A stretch of 64,000 nt of DNA from Pseudomonadales bacterium (GTDB lineage Bacteria; Pseudomonadota; Gammaproteobacteria; Pseudomonadales; GM7GCV1). Made by a program: the position numbers and the translations under genes. The stretch is from NCBI GenBank assembly GCA_965661125.1, contig CBFICI010000002.1:195196-259195 (forward strand), read 5' to 3'. The notes beneath the pieces are model-generated. The model was not told the DNA's origin. It ran no database searches and saw only the letters and a list, made by a program, of their open reading frames with translations. This document shows positions 30,679 through 40,172 of the stretch, one piece after another. Within the stretch, counting starts at the first letter, position 1. Each line of letters starts with the position of its first letter.

Positions 30679-32799
30679 GTGTTGAGCGGCATCGACGAGC
30701 TGTGTGAGCGGCTCAGCTCTTACCTTGAGCCTGAACAAATAAAGAAGGTTCGCAAAGCCTATACCTTTGCCGAGCAGGCCCACGAGGGCCAATACCGCAA
30801 AAGCGGTGAACCCTACGTTACCCATCCACTGGCAGCAGCCAATGTGCTTGCAGATATGCACATGGATCATCAGTGCCTGATGGCCTGCCTGTTGCACGAT
30901 GTCATAGAAGATACCCCCGCCACCAAGCAGGGCCTGCAGAAAAAATTCGGTGCCACTGTGGCCAACCTGGTCGATGGTGTAAGCAAGCTGAACAAAATGG
31001 AATACGCCGGCGACACGCGCGAAGAACAGCAGGCGGAAAACTTTTTGAAAATGGTGCTTGCCATGTCGCGCGATATTCGTGTGATTCTGGTGAAGCTGGC
31101 CGATCGGCTGCATAACATGCGCACCCTCGAGGCACTTGAGCCAAACAAGCGCCGTCGAATTGCCAAGGAAACTCTGGAAATCTATGCGCCCATCGCCCAG
31201 CGCCTGGGCATTAACGACATGCGTCTGGAATTTGAAGACCGGGGGTTTGCCGCCTACCACCCCATGCGCGCCCGGCGCCTTGCCGTTGCACTGGAAAAAT
31301 CGCGCAAGCGGCGGCGCGATCTGGTGATGGAAATTCAGCAGGCTATCGAGATACGACTTGAGCGCGAAGAATTCCATTGCCAGGTGATGGGCCGCGAAAA
31401 GCACCTTTACAGTATCTACCGCAAGATGCGCGACAAACACCTGCCATTCAAACAGATTATGGACGTGTTCGCTTTCCGCATTGTTGTAGATACGGTGGAT
31501 GAGTGTTACCGGGTGCTGGGCGTGGTACACAACCTCTTCAAGCCGGTGTCGTCCGAATTCAACGATTACATTGCCATACCCAAGGCCAACGGCTACCAGT
31601 CGCTGCATACCGGGCTAATCGGCAGTCACGGTGTGCCTATCGAAATCCAGATTCGCACTAGAGAAATGGACGACATGGCCAACTACGGCATTGCGGCACA
31701 CTGGTTTTACAAATCCCAGGGCGATAGCCAGGCTGTTTCCACACGTGCCACCGACTGGATTAAGGGGCTGTTGGAAATCCAGCAGCAGGCCGGCAACCCG
31801 CTGGAGTTCATCGAGCACGTCAAAACTGACCTCTTCCCCGACGAAATTTACGTCTTCACACCCAAAGGAAAAATCATCACTCTGCCGGGCGGAGCCACGC
31901 CGGTCGACTTTGCCTATACGGTGCATACTGACGTGGGCAACAGTTGTGTAGGTGCTCGTATCAACAACCGCCTGGCGGCACTGTCAGAAAAACTGCAAAG
32001 CGGCCAACGCATTGAAGTACTCACCGCCAGCAAGGCCCAGCCGCACCCGGGCTGGCTGGATTTTGTGGTAACCGCCAAGGCGCGCAGTGCCATTCGCCAC
32101 GACCTCAAGAACCGCCAGCATGACGACTCGGTTCGTCTGGGCAGGCGCCTGCTGAACAAGGTACTTTCCGAGATCAACCTGAGCCTTGATGACATCACCC
32201 AGGAACATATCGATCAGTGTGTGAGTCAGTACCAGGTAGACTCCTTTGAAGCCGTGCTGGAACAGGTTGGAATGGGAGACCGTCAGGCCTGGTCAGTGGC
32301 CAAGCAGCTGGCGCAGGAAGACCTGGGCGAGGGACTTTCGAAACAACTGGATACGCCGGTGGTGATCGATTCGGCAGATACCCACATTATCAGCTTCGCC
32401 GGCTGCTGCCGGCCCATTCCCGGCGACCCCATTATTGGTCACTTCAGCGCCGGCCGCGGCATGGTGATTCATCAGGACAACTGCAAGAATATTGCCGATG
32501 CCAGAAAAGACCCTGAAAAAATCGCACGCGTCAGTTGGGCAGCCGAGGTGCAGGGCGAGTTTCAAACCGAGCTTTGGGTTGAAGTAGAGATGTTCCGCGG
32601 CATTGTGGCCGAGCTGGCCTCTCGTATTTCATCCTGCAATGCCGGAATCGACCACATCAGTATTGAGGAGCGCGGTTCGGCTCTCAGCGTGTTGAAGCTT
32701 TATATTCGCGTGCGCGACCGGGTGCATCTGGCTAACATCATCAAACGTATCCGGCTGATCCCTGCCGTAACAAGGGTGCGCCGCGGTCGCAACGTGTGA
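30679..32799 (+). CDS. spoT: Bifunctional (p)ppGpp synthetase/hydrolase SpoT
   Basis: 706 aa. Intact HD hydrolase motif (LLHDVIEDT). Synthetase, TGS and ACT regions present. Follows rpoZ. GTG start at 30679; TTG at 30682 is equally possible. Confidence 0.92.
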   Translation: MLSGIDELCERLSSYLEPEQIKKVRKAYTFAEQAHEGQYRKSGEPYVTHPLAAANVLADMHMDHQCLMACLLHDVIEDTPATKQGLQKKFGATVANLVDGVSKLNKMEYAGDTREEQQAENFLKMVLAMSRDIRVILVKLADRLHNMRTLEALEPNKRRRIAKETLEIYAPIAQRLGINDMRLEFEDRGFAAYHPMRARRLAVALEKSRKRRRDLVMEIQQAIEIRLEREEFHCQVMGREKHLYSIYRKMRDKHLPFKQIMDVFAFRIVVDTVDECYRVLGVVHNLFKPVSSEFNDYIAIPKANGYQSLHTGLIGSHGVPIEIQIRTREMDDMANYGIAAHWFYKSQGDSQAVSTRATDWIKGLLEIQQQAGNPLEFIEHVKTDLFPDEIYVFTPKGKIITLPGGATPVDFAYTVHTDVGNSCVGARINNRLAALSEKLQSGQRIEVLTASKAQPHPGWLDFVVTAKARSAIRHDLKNRQHDDSVRLGRRLLNKVLSEINLSLDDITQEHIDQCVSQYQVDSFEAVLEQVGMGDRQAWSVAKQLAQEDLGEGLSKQLDTPVVIDSADTHIISFAGCCRPIPGDPIIGHFSAGRGMVIHQDNCKNIADARKDPEKIARVSWAAEVQGEFQTELWVEVEMFRGIVAELASRISSCNAGIDHISIEERGSALSVLKLYIRVRDRVHLANIIKRIRLIPAVTRVRRGRNV

Positions 32800-32813
32800 C
32801 GCAGGGCAGTAAG

Positions 32814-32902
32814 CATCTGACCCCTGCGGGGTCAGACACTTGGCAACCATCGGAACTTGTGAGGCTTTGATGCCAGCATCTGACCCCTGCGGGGTCAGAC
32901 AC
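32814..32902. repeat. REP-like palindromic elements, cluster A (2 direct copies of GCATCTGACCCCTGCGGGGTCAGACAC)
   Basis: Copies at 32814-32840 and 32876-32902, in the spoT / BCCT convergent intergenic region. Confidence 0.9.
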
Positions 32903-32905
32903 TGT

Positions 32906-34894
32906 TTATCGGAAGCTGGTGTAAAACTGCAGGTGCTGCGAATACTGGGCCATAATATCCGCCAGAATATGTTCTTCACTCCAACCCATCACGCAATAAT
33001 CCTGGCCGCCTTCGCTTAAATGCACCTCGGCGCGATAGTACTTTTCATCCGCTTCGAGCTGTTCCATGGGCTTGCCGGTACCCTCAATTTGAGGGTGCAC
33101 ATGGGGCCTGCAAATTACCTCGTACAGAAAATCGCGCTCGCCGCCGTGAAATACCTCCAACCGGGCCGAATCGCTTGAATCCACCTCGTCGTTTACCTTT
33201 GCGTCTACATCATGGCCACGCAGCTCCTCGGCAAATTTGCGCATGGCGGGCAACACCACTTCCTTTTGATACTTCAGCACCTTGCGCCGCGCCGGGTACT
33301 CCAGAAGCCGGTGCAGGCGCTGTTTCCAGTCGGTATCCAGTTGCGAGGTGTGTTGCGTGGTGGCGAGCAATTGCCGTTTGTTGGCATCCAGCCGAAGCGC
33401 CTTGCTGAAGCCCCAGATCGCCCACATCAGGGCAAAGGAAAAAGGCAGAGCGCCGGCAATGGCGGCCGCCTGAAGCGAGGCCAACCCACCGCCCACCAAC
33501 AACGCCATCGTGATCAGCGCAATAGCAACCGTCCAGTACACGCGCTGCAGCGCCGGCGTGTTGTCGCAACCGTCCGATGACAGCATATTCAGTACCATGG
33601 CCCCGCTGTCGGCAGAGGTCACAAAAAACACCACAACCATGAAAATACTGACAGTAGAAAGCACTTCGGCCATTGGCCAAAACTCGAAAAACCGGAACAG
33701 GGCAACCGCCTGATTTTCCTGCACCGCCGCGCCAAACTCTGTGGCACCGCCGTGCAATATCATTTCTATCGCCGCGTTACCGAATACGCTCATCCAGAAC
33801 AGGTTGAACAGGCAGGGCACCAGCATGGCACCCAGCACAAACTCGCGAATGGTGCGGCCGCGCGAAATACGGGCAATAAACAACCCCACAAAGGGTGACC
33901 AGCTAAGCCACCAGCCCCAGTAGAAAATAGTCCAGCCACCCAGCCAGTCGGTGGGATTGTAGGCATACAGGTTGAATGTTTTTGGAATCACTTCGCCCAG
34001 ATAAGTGCCAATATTTTGCATAAAGCCCTGCAAAATAAGCACGGTGGGACCTGTAATCAGAACACCCACCAACAGAATAACCGCAAGCGCTATATTAATT
34101 TCGCTAAGCCGCTTGATGCCAGCATCCAGCCCCATCACAACCGATATGGTCGCCAAACCCATGGTGGCAACGATTAAAACAAGCTGCACGCCCACGCCAA
34201 TGGGGATGCCCAGCAAGTAGTTCAGCCCGGTATTGATTTGCACCACACCCAGGCCGAGGCTGGTACCAACGCCCAGAGTGGTACTGAGGATGGCAAATAC
34301 ATCGACCGCAGTGCCAATGGGCCCATAGATGCGCTCGCCAATCAGCGGGTACAGCGCCGAGCGCAGCGTAAGCGGCAGGCCCTGACGATGCGCAAAATAG
34401 GCCAGAATCAACGCCACAATGGCGTATATCGACCAGGCGTGCACACCCCAGTGGAAGAAAGTCAGCGAAAAGGCCTCGTTGGCTGCGGCAGGCGTGCCGC
34501 CCTCGCCGTGCGGCGGCGACAAAAAGTGCATAACCGGCTCGGCCACGCCGTAAAACATCAAACCAATGCCCATACCGGCGGCGAACATCATGGCGAACCA
34601 GGAAACAAAACTGTATTCCGGTTCGGAGTGATCGGGGCCCAGCTTGATGTCACCTACGCGGGTAAAACCGAACAGCATCACACTGACGAGAATAATGGCT
34701 ACCACCAGCACGTAATACCAACTGGCATATTCGATGATGCCGCCAAGCATGCCGGCAAAAAAGGCCTGGCTGGAATCCGGTGCCAGGGCCGCAAAGGCTA
34801 CCAGGGCAAGAAGCAAACCGGTGGCGGTGAAAAACACCGGCCGGTTCACGTAAAAGGCATTTTTGCTTTGGTTTTCGCTGATTTCCTGATTCAT
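32906..34894 (-). CDS. BCCT-family transporter, BetT-like (choline / quaternary-ammonium) with a long hydrophilic C-terminal tail
   Basis: Start set at MNQEISENQSK (GGAAGG SD; ATGA overlap with the upstream gene). 12 TM segments with the Trp-rich WTIFYWGWWLSWSPFVG BCCT signature. A ~155-aa cytoplasmic tail ends …YYRAEVHLSEGGQDYCVMGW…. Confidence 0.88.
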   Translation of the reverse strand: MNQEISENQSKNAFYVNRPVFFTATGLLLALVAFAALAPDSSQAFFAGMLGGIIEYASWYYVLVVAIILVSVMLFGFTRVGDIKLGPDHSEPEYSFVSWFAMMFAAGMGIGLMFYGVAEPVMHFLSPPHGEGGTPAAANEAFSLTFFHWGVHAWSIYAIVALILAYFAHRQGLPLTLRSALYPLIGERIYGPIGTAVDVFAILSTTLGVGTSLGLGVVQINTGLNYLLGIPIGVGVQLVLIVATMGLATISVVMGLDAGIKRLSEINIALAVILLVGVLITGPTVLILQGFMQNIGTYLGEVIPKTFNLYAYNPTDWLGGWTIFYWGWWLSWSPFVGLFIARISRGRTIREFVLGAMLVPCLFNLFWMSVFGNAAIEMILHGGATEFGAAVQENQAVALFRFFEFWPMAEVLSTVSIFMVVVFFVTSADSGAMVLNMLSSDGCDNTPALQRVYWTVAIALITMALLVGGGLASLQAAAIAGALPFSFALMWAIWGFSKALRLDANKRQLLATTQHTSQLDTDWKQRLHRLLEYPARRKVLKYQKEVVLPAMRKFAEELRGHDVDAKVNDEVDSSDSARLEVFHGGERDFLYEVICRPHVHPQIEGTGKPMEQLEADEKYYRAEVHLSEGGQDYCVMGWSEEHILADIMAQYSQHLQFYTSFR

Positions 34895-36906
34895 TGGCCT
34901 TCCGGGTTTTCGGGAGTGGGATAAGACTCGAGAGCCGGCGTCAAAGCTTGCTTCAAAGGCCCCAACCAGGGTTCGAAACTGCGCCACTGGTTGACGCCGG
35001 TTTGATAAATGGGCTGCCGTACCTGTTCCGAGCTGGCCGTTCTGACGGCCCGCTCTGTCTTGTAAAACTCCAGGCATGACCGCTCAAAGGGAAGCTCGCA
35101 GTAATCGAGAATGCGCTTCACCTGATTCTCGAGGTCGACGGTAACCTCTTCGTAGCACACCTTCAATACCGCACCAGGTATGACCTCATCCCAATAATCC
35201 ATCAGAGTGACATAGTCGTTGTAGTAACGGGCAATGTCATCAAGGCTATAGGAGAACTCCTGCCCTTCGGCAAAAAGTTGTTTGAAACCACTGAAACAGC
35301 AAGCAATCGGATGCCTGCGCGCATCAATAATTTTTGCGTTGGGCAGAATGGCTTTTATCAGGCCGATGTGCCTGAAATTGTTCGGCATTTTGTCGATAAA
35401 ATAGGGGGCCGAACCGCGGTGTATCCTGGTTTCGTCAATGTATTGCTGGCCCAGTTTATGCAGCTCTTCGGGCGGCAATGACCCAATCAGGTCAGGGTAT
35501 TTGCCAGCGCCCTCTTGACCGTGCCCTTTGCGACGCAGTTTCTGCGCTATGGAGAGCATGTTGGGCAGCTCGAGCGTTCCGTCGACCATGCTGTGGGACG
35601 AGAGAATTTGCTCCAGCAGAGTCGAACCGGCGCGGGGCAAACCGACAATAAAAATCGGGGCGGGGTCGGGGCAGCCCGATGCCGCCAGCCTCTTGATAGT
35701 TTCGCCACTGAAAAATGCGCGCTGTGACAGCAGCTCTTCGGTCATTTGTTCTGCCGTGTAGCGGCTTTGCTGCTTTTTGTAGCGGTTGCCCTCTTGATAG
35801 TAGGCAAATGAACGCGACCAGTCTTGCCTGTCTTCGAAGGCCTTGCCCAGGGCGAAATGGATATAAACGCGGCCGGCAGAGGTCACCGAGTCCCTCTCGA
35901 CCAGCTCGAGCATGGCCTGCACCTCATCATCCGAAAACTCGTAGGTTTTCAGGTTGGACAGCGAATAGTAGGCCTCGCCATGGTCTGGTTTGTGTGCGAT
36001 TGCGGCCCGATAGCTTTCAATCGCTTCGCTTTGTTTGCCCCAGGTTTTCAGGGCATGCCCCTTGCCCGTGTGGGTCAGGGCATCATGGGGTATGCGCTCG
36101 AGCACCCGGTTAAACATAGCCACGGCTTCAGCGTAATCGCCAATTTGCATTTTCTCGATGGCATAAACAGACTGAAACTGCGGGTTCTGCGGATCACTGC
36201 GGTACAAGGCTTCGGCCGCCTTCAACGAGGCTTCAAACTTCTGCCTCCTGCGCAACACGGCAATGTGGTCGATTCTGATCTGGCTATTGTCGGGCGCAAA
36301 GGTGCTGGCACTATCCAGCAGGAACTCGGCTTCTTCCATGGCGCCCAGTTGCATGGCAATGTCTGCCAGTAATCGCATGGCCTCAGGGTGTGTGGCATTT
36401 TGCTGCAAAAACTTTTTGCACAGGGCTTCGGCCTTCACCAGCTTGCCCTGGGCGATCAGGTCGGTTACCGAAACCAGTGTCTTCGGCAATGCATGCAAAC
36501 GCTGAATTTGGGCAATGGCCTGCTGGCAAGCCATGGCATTGCCTTGCAACTGGTGAAGCTCAGCCTGATTTTGCCAACTTGAAATAAGTGCCGGGTTCAT
36601 CTGACAGGCGGTTTGAAAAGCGGCAAGAGCCTGAGGCATTTGCTTGCGGGCGCGATAGAGATACCCCTGCTCTTGGTATACCCGCCCCTTGTCTGCCGCC
36701 AGGTCCTTGATGGCATTCAGGTGTTTCTGGGCCTGGTCAAAGCTGTTTGTGTAGCGGCAGCAAACCGCCGCCATGTAGTTGGCGTCCGCATGAGGCTCCT
36801 GCAACTGCAACATCGGCTGCAAATCGTCCAGCGCGGCGTCAAACTGCCCCGCTGCAATTTTTTTCTGAATGTCGGTGATATCGAAGTTCATACTGTTTTC
36901 TGTCAT
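34891..36906 (-). CDS. TPR-repeat protein fused to a PAPS-dependent sulfotransferase domain
   Basis: 671 aa. The N-terminal ~380 aa are TPR-like helical repeats. The C-terminal domain has a 5-prime-PSB loop GLPRAGSTLLEQIL and RRHPIACCFS (3-prime-PB-like). Confidence 0.8.
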   Translation of the reverse strand: MTENSMNFDITDIQKKIAAGQFDAALDDLQPMLQLQEPHADANYMAAVCCRYTNSFDQAQKHLNAIKDLAADKGRVYQEQGYLYRARKQMPQALAAFQTACQMNPALISSWQNQAELHQLQGNAMACQQAIAQIQRLHALPKTLVSVTDLIAQGKLVKAEALCKKFLQQNATHPEAMRLLADIAMQLGAMEEAEFLLDSASTFAPDNSQIRIDHIAVLRRRQKFEASLKAAEALYRSDPQNPQFQSVYAIEKMQIGDYAEAVAMFNRVLERIPHDALTHTGKGHALKTWGKQSEAIESYRAAIAHKPDHGEAYYSLSNLKTYEFSDDEVQAMLELVERDSVTSAGRVYIHFALGKAFEDRQDWSRSFAYYQEGNRYKKQQSRYTAEQMTEELLSQRAFFSGETIKRLAASGCPDPAPIFIVGLPRAGSTLLEQILSSHSMVDGTLELPNMLSIAQKLRRKGHGQEGAGKYPDLIGSLPPEELHKLGQQYIDETRIHRGSAPYFIDKMPNNFRHIGLIKAILPNAKIIDARRHPIACCFSGFKQLFAEGQEFSYSLDDIARYYNDYVTLMDYWDEVIPGAVLKVCYEEVTVDLENQVKRILDYCELPFERSCLEFYKTERAVRTASSEQVRQPIYQTGVNQWRSFEPWLGPLKQALTPALESYPTPENPEGQ

Positions 36907-36967
36907 AAATTGGCTGCTACAAGCTAAATGGAAACAGGTAGGACGTCACCCCTGTACGGGAAAGCCA

Positions 36968-37000
36968 ATAAAAAGGCCCCACCAAAAAACAGGTGAGGCC
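36968..37000 (-). terminator. Intrinsic terminator downstream of the TonB-dependent receptor
   Basis: On the minus strand: GGCCTCACC-loop-GGTGGGGCC followed by TTTTTATT. Confidence 0.65.
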
Positions 37001-37024
37001 TCTTAGGGTGGGCATCTGTGTCAA

Positions 37025-39421
37025 TTAGAAGTCGAAAGACACACGCACTCCCATGGTTCTGGGGCGCGCCACGGTAACGCGCTCTACCGCATACTGGAAG
37101 GTGCCAGAAATTTCCGCACGCTCGTCAGTCAGGTTGTCCACAAAGAGCTCGGCGCTCCAGGTATCGGTGGTCAAGCCTGCGGTGACACCCAGCAGCATCC
37201 AGCTATCCAATTCCATGCTGTTGGCCGCAACGATGTCTGTTTTTGACCCATCGGAATAGCTCAGGTGTGGCATAACATGCGCCGTACCGGCATCCACATC
37301 CCACTCGTAGCGAGCCTGGGCGTTGGCCTGAAACTCCGGAGCAAACGCCAGGTCTGACCCTTCCACCACGAAGTTGGTCACAAAGCTGTCGGTAATTTCC
37401 GTGTCGAGGAACGAGAAACCACTGCTAACCGACAAACCGCGCACGGCTTCGGGTTGCCAGATGATTTCGCCTTCCAAGCCGGTAATTTGCGCGTCTGCCG
37501 CGTTGTCGGAGAAAAACAGATTAGCAATGCTGGCATCAAAAATGCCGATCTGCATGTCGGTTACGTCAACCCGGAAAATGTCACCATTGAATCGCAGGTT
37601 GTTGTAGTCGAGCTTCCAACCCAACTCGAAGTTGGTGACGGTGTCGGTATCCATTCCGGCTGGCACCGTGTACACACCGTTAGTAGCTCCAAACGGACGG
37701 TTCAGCAGGCCCGGCCGGAAACCTTCAGACCAGGTGGCATAAAACAGCTTGCTGTCCGAAGGTGTCCAAGCCAGGCTGACTTTGCCAATCACACCGTCGG
37801 TAGAGGCCGTGTCGTTTGCACCGCTGAACAGGGTATCCAGGTTGTTACCCGGATTGTTGTCTACCAGCTGACCCTTGTTGCCAAACGATCCCGCAGCACT
37901 GCCCAACAGGTCGACCTCAACGTCGTACCAGCGCGCGCCAAGGATAACGGCAAACTGATCAGAAAGATCGAAGGTTGCTTCACCGAACACACCGCGTTGC
38001 TCATCCGTTCGCAACACGTCATTACGCCAAAGCACGCCTTCCGGATAGGGCCCAGGATCACTCACAGTGGCACCCTGAGCCGGGAAGTTTGGCCCAAAGC
38101 TTTCGGCACCCAGCAGCTCGGAACCCGTGTAGGTGAAATCGTTGCGCTCGCGCAAATCCAGGTCGCTGTAAAACACGCCGAAAGTTGCGCGCATGGCGGC
38201 GTCCGGGTCGGTCGAAAAGCGCAATTCGTGGGTCTGAACTTCAGTGTCTACCGAGCTATTTACAAACAAATATGGCGCCTGACAGGTACCACCCGTTTGA
38301 ACTGCCGAGCCATAAACCACCTGGTTATCGCAAATGTAGTAAGGCATATAGGCAGACACATAGAGGTAGTCTACGTAGTCAACCAGCTGGTTCGACTCGC
38401 GGTTTGTGAAGGCGCCTGTGTAAATGGCATCCAATGCACCAAGCCGACCTTCCAGCGTCCAGTTGAAATTGGTGAAGTCGTCTTCGAGTCGATTCTCTTC
38501 GTAGCGCTGAATTTCCAGATCGTCGAGCGCCGGGTCCTGGAAAAATACCCCTTCCGAGTCGATTGACTGCTGAGAGGCCGCAACCAGCAGGCTCCAATCA
38601 CTGTTGGGCGCCCAAAGCGCGCTGAGGCGCGAGCCCGCGTAGGTTGCTTCGTTGAAGTTGTCTTCTACCCTGCCCCCGTTATCTGCCGGGATAAAGGTAA
38701 TGGGTGCCAGGTTGGCGCCATCGGGGAATCCCGCACCGTCCGCTACGGTAACCGTGCCGGCCACGTTATCGATGTAACCACCCTGGTTGTCGACATATAC
38801 AACGCCGCGCAATGTCAGCGCATCGCTGACAGGAAGGTTGATCATTGCCTCGGCATTGTTGCTGGGCTCACCCCCGGCTGTAGCCGCCGTGCCAAACTTC
38901 ACACTGCCGTATACGCCGGTGGGGTCCGGCTTATTGGTGATCAAGCGCACCGTGCCGGCTTGCGAGCTCGCTCCAAAGAGTGTGCCCTGAGGCCCTTTCA
39001 ACACTTCGACCCGGCTCAGGTCGGCCGCGTAGACATCCAGGTTTCGCCCTGGCTGCGCAAGCGGTTGCTCGTCCAGATAAAAGGCCACGTTGGGCGCAAG
39101 ACCGGCCACACCGGAAGTGCCGGTGGCAGGGGTGGTAGAAGCCAGCCCCCGGATATAAATCGTATTTTGACCCGGGCCAACGCCGCCGGCTGTGACACCT
39201 GGCAGCTGAACCAGGTAGTCGGAAAAGTCGCTAACACCCAGTTGATCCAGCTTTTCTTGAGACATCGCGCTTACGGCGATGGGAATGTCCTGGATGGATT
39301 CAGTGCGCTTGGTTGCCGTAACCAGAATTTCTTCAATTTGCCCCTGGGCAAAAAGCTCCGGCGCGGCCATAGCGGCCGAGGCGGCAATAACAGCCGTGGT
39401 GAGTTTGGTCTTGCGAAACAT
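37025..39421 (-). CDS. TonB-dependent outer-membrane receptor
   Basis: Start at the second ATG (AAGGGGA SD). Signal peptide …ELFAQG. Plug motifs (IEEILVTATKR, DIPIAVSA). C-terminal …RVSFDF. Confidence 0.9.
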   Translation of the reverse strand: MFRKTKLTTAVIAASAAMAAPELFAQGQIEEILVTATKRTESIQDIPIAVSAMSQEKLDQLGVSDFSDYLVQLPGVTAGGVGPGQNTIYIRGLASTTPATGTSGVAGLAPNVAFYLDEQPLAQPGRNLDVYAADLSRVEVLKGPQGTLFGASSQAGTVRLITNKPDPTGVYGSVKFGTAATAGGEPSNNAEAMINLPVSDALTLRGVVYVDNQGGYIDNVAGTVTVADGAGFPDGANLAPITFIPADNGGRVEDNFNEATYAGSRLSALWAPNSDWSLLVAASQQSIDSEGVFFQDPALDDLEIQRYEENRLEDDFTNFNWTLEGRLGALDAIYTGAFTNRESNQLVDYVDYLYVSAYMPYYICDNQVVYGSAVQTGGTCQAPYLFVNSSVDTEVQTHELRFSTDPDAAMRATFGVFYSDLDLRERNDFTYTGSELLGAESFGPNFPAQGATVSDPGPYPEGVLWRNDVLRTDEQRGVFGEATFDLSDQFAVILGARWYDVEVDLLGSAAGSFGNKGQLVDNNPGNNLDTLFSGANDTASTDGVIGKVSLAWTPSDSKLFYATWSEGFRPGLLNRPFGATNGVYTVPAGMDTDTVTNFELGWKLDYNNLRFNGDIFRVDVTDMQIGIFDASIANLFFSDNAADAQITGLEGEIIWQPEAVRGLSVSSGFSFLDTEITDSFVTNFVVEGSDLAFAPEFQANAQARYEWDVDAGTAHVMPHLSYSDGSKTDIVAANSMELDSWMLLGVTAGLTTDTWSAELFVDNLTDERAEISGTFQYAVERVTVARPRTMGVRVSFDF

Positions 39422-39664
39422 GATTTCCCCTTGCATGTGTTTATCGGTACTAGTTTAAAGCATATAGAGATGTATGCAATTTATTAAGCCGCAAATCAGT
39501 GATTTAGCCCAGTATTGCATCAATATCGACTAACTCCAGACCAGAAACGGCCGAAGAGGGGAAAATTATTACTATGTGCTCTATGCATTTAACTGCCTGG
39601 CATCCTCTGGTTGCCCTTGGGTCTGGTGCTAAACTGCCCCTTTACATCAGGAGATAGCTCTCAA

Positions 39665-40048
39665 ATGCCCAACAAAGCCATTATCGATACCGCGAACGCA
39701 CCGGCGGCCATTGGCACCTATTCGCAGGCAGTGAAGGTCAATAACACCGTCTACCTGTCGGGGCAGATACCCCTGGACGCGGACAGTATGGAGCTGGTGG
39801 GCGAAGACGCGGGCGAGCAAATCGAGCAGGTTTTCAAAAACCTGTCAGCCGTATGTGCTGCTTCAGGTGGCGGGCTGGGCGATATCGTCAAGCTGAATAT
39901 TTACCTCACCGACCTGGGCAACTTCGCCAGGGTAAACGAGATCATGGCAACCCACTTCAACGAACCCTACCCGGCGCGGGCTGCCATTGGTGTAAGCGAA
40001 CTGCCGCGCGGCGCCCTGGTTGAAATGGACGCCGTCATGGTGGTGTAG
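39665..40048 (+). CDS. ridA: RidA/YjgF-family reactive enamine/imine deaminase
   Basis: 127 aa from MPNKAII… (AGGAGA SD). [19 protein letters not shown] and [15 protein letters not shown] motifs. Confidence 0.9.
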   Translation: MPNKAIIDTANAPAAIGTYSQAVKVNNTVYLSGQIPLDADSMELVGEDAGEQIEQVFKNLSAVCAASGGGLGDIVKLNIYLTDLGNFARVNEIMATHFNEPYPARAAIGVSELPRGALVEMDAVMVV

Positions 40049-40172
40049 ACTTATTTGACTGCCCGCAGCGGGGCAGCAGTAACACAAAGGTGGCAAACTA
40101 AAGCGAAAATCCGTATCGCTGGGGCGGCTAACCCCCTATAATGCCGCCGCATTTCTCAAGCCGCCCCCTCTC

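Noticed and set aside
32629-32979. 116-aa ORF (…CLTPQGSDAGIK…CLTPQGSDAY…), and similarly ORFs 63117..63314 and 55288..55476
   Set aside because: The repeated peptide is just the translated REP palindrome. These ORFs span intergenic repeats and gene ends.
37454-38566. 370-aa plus-strand ORF
   Set aside because: It is antisense to the TonB-dependent receptor and has no motifs.
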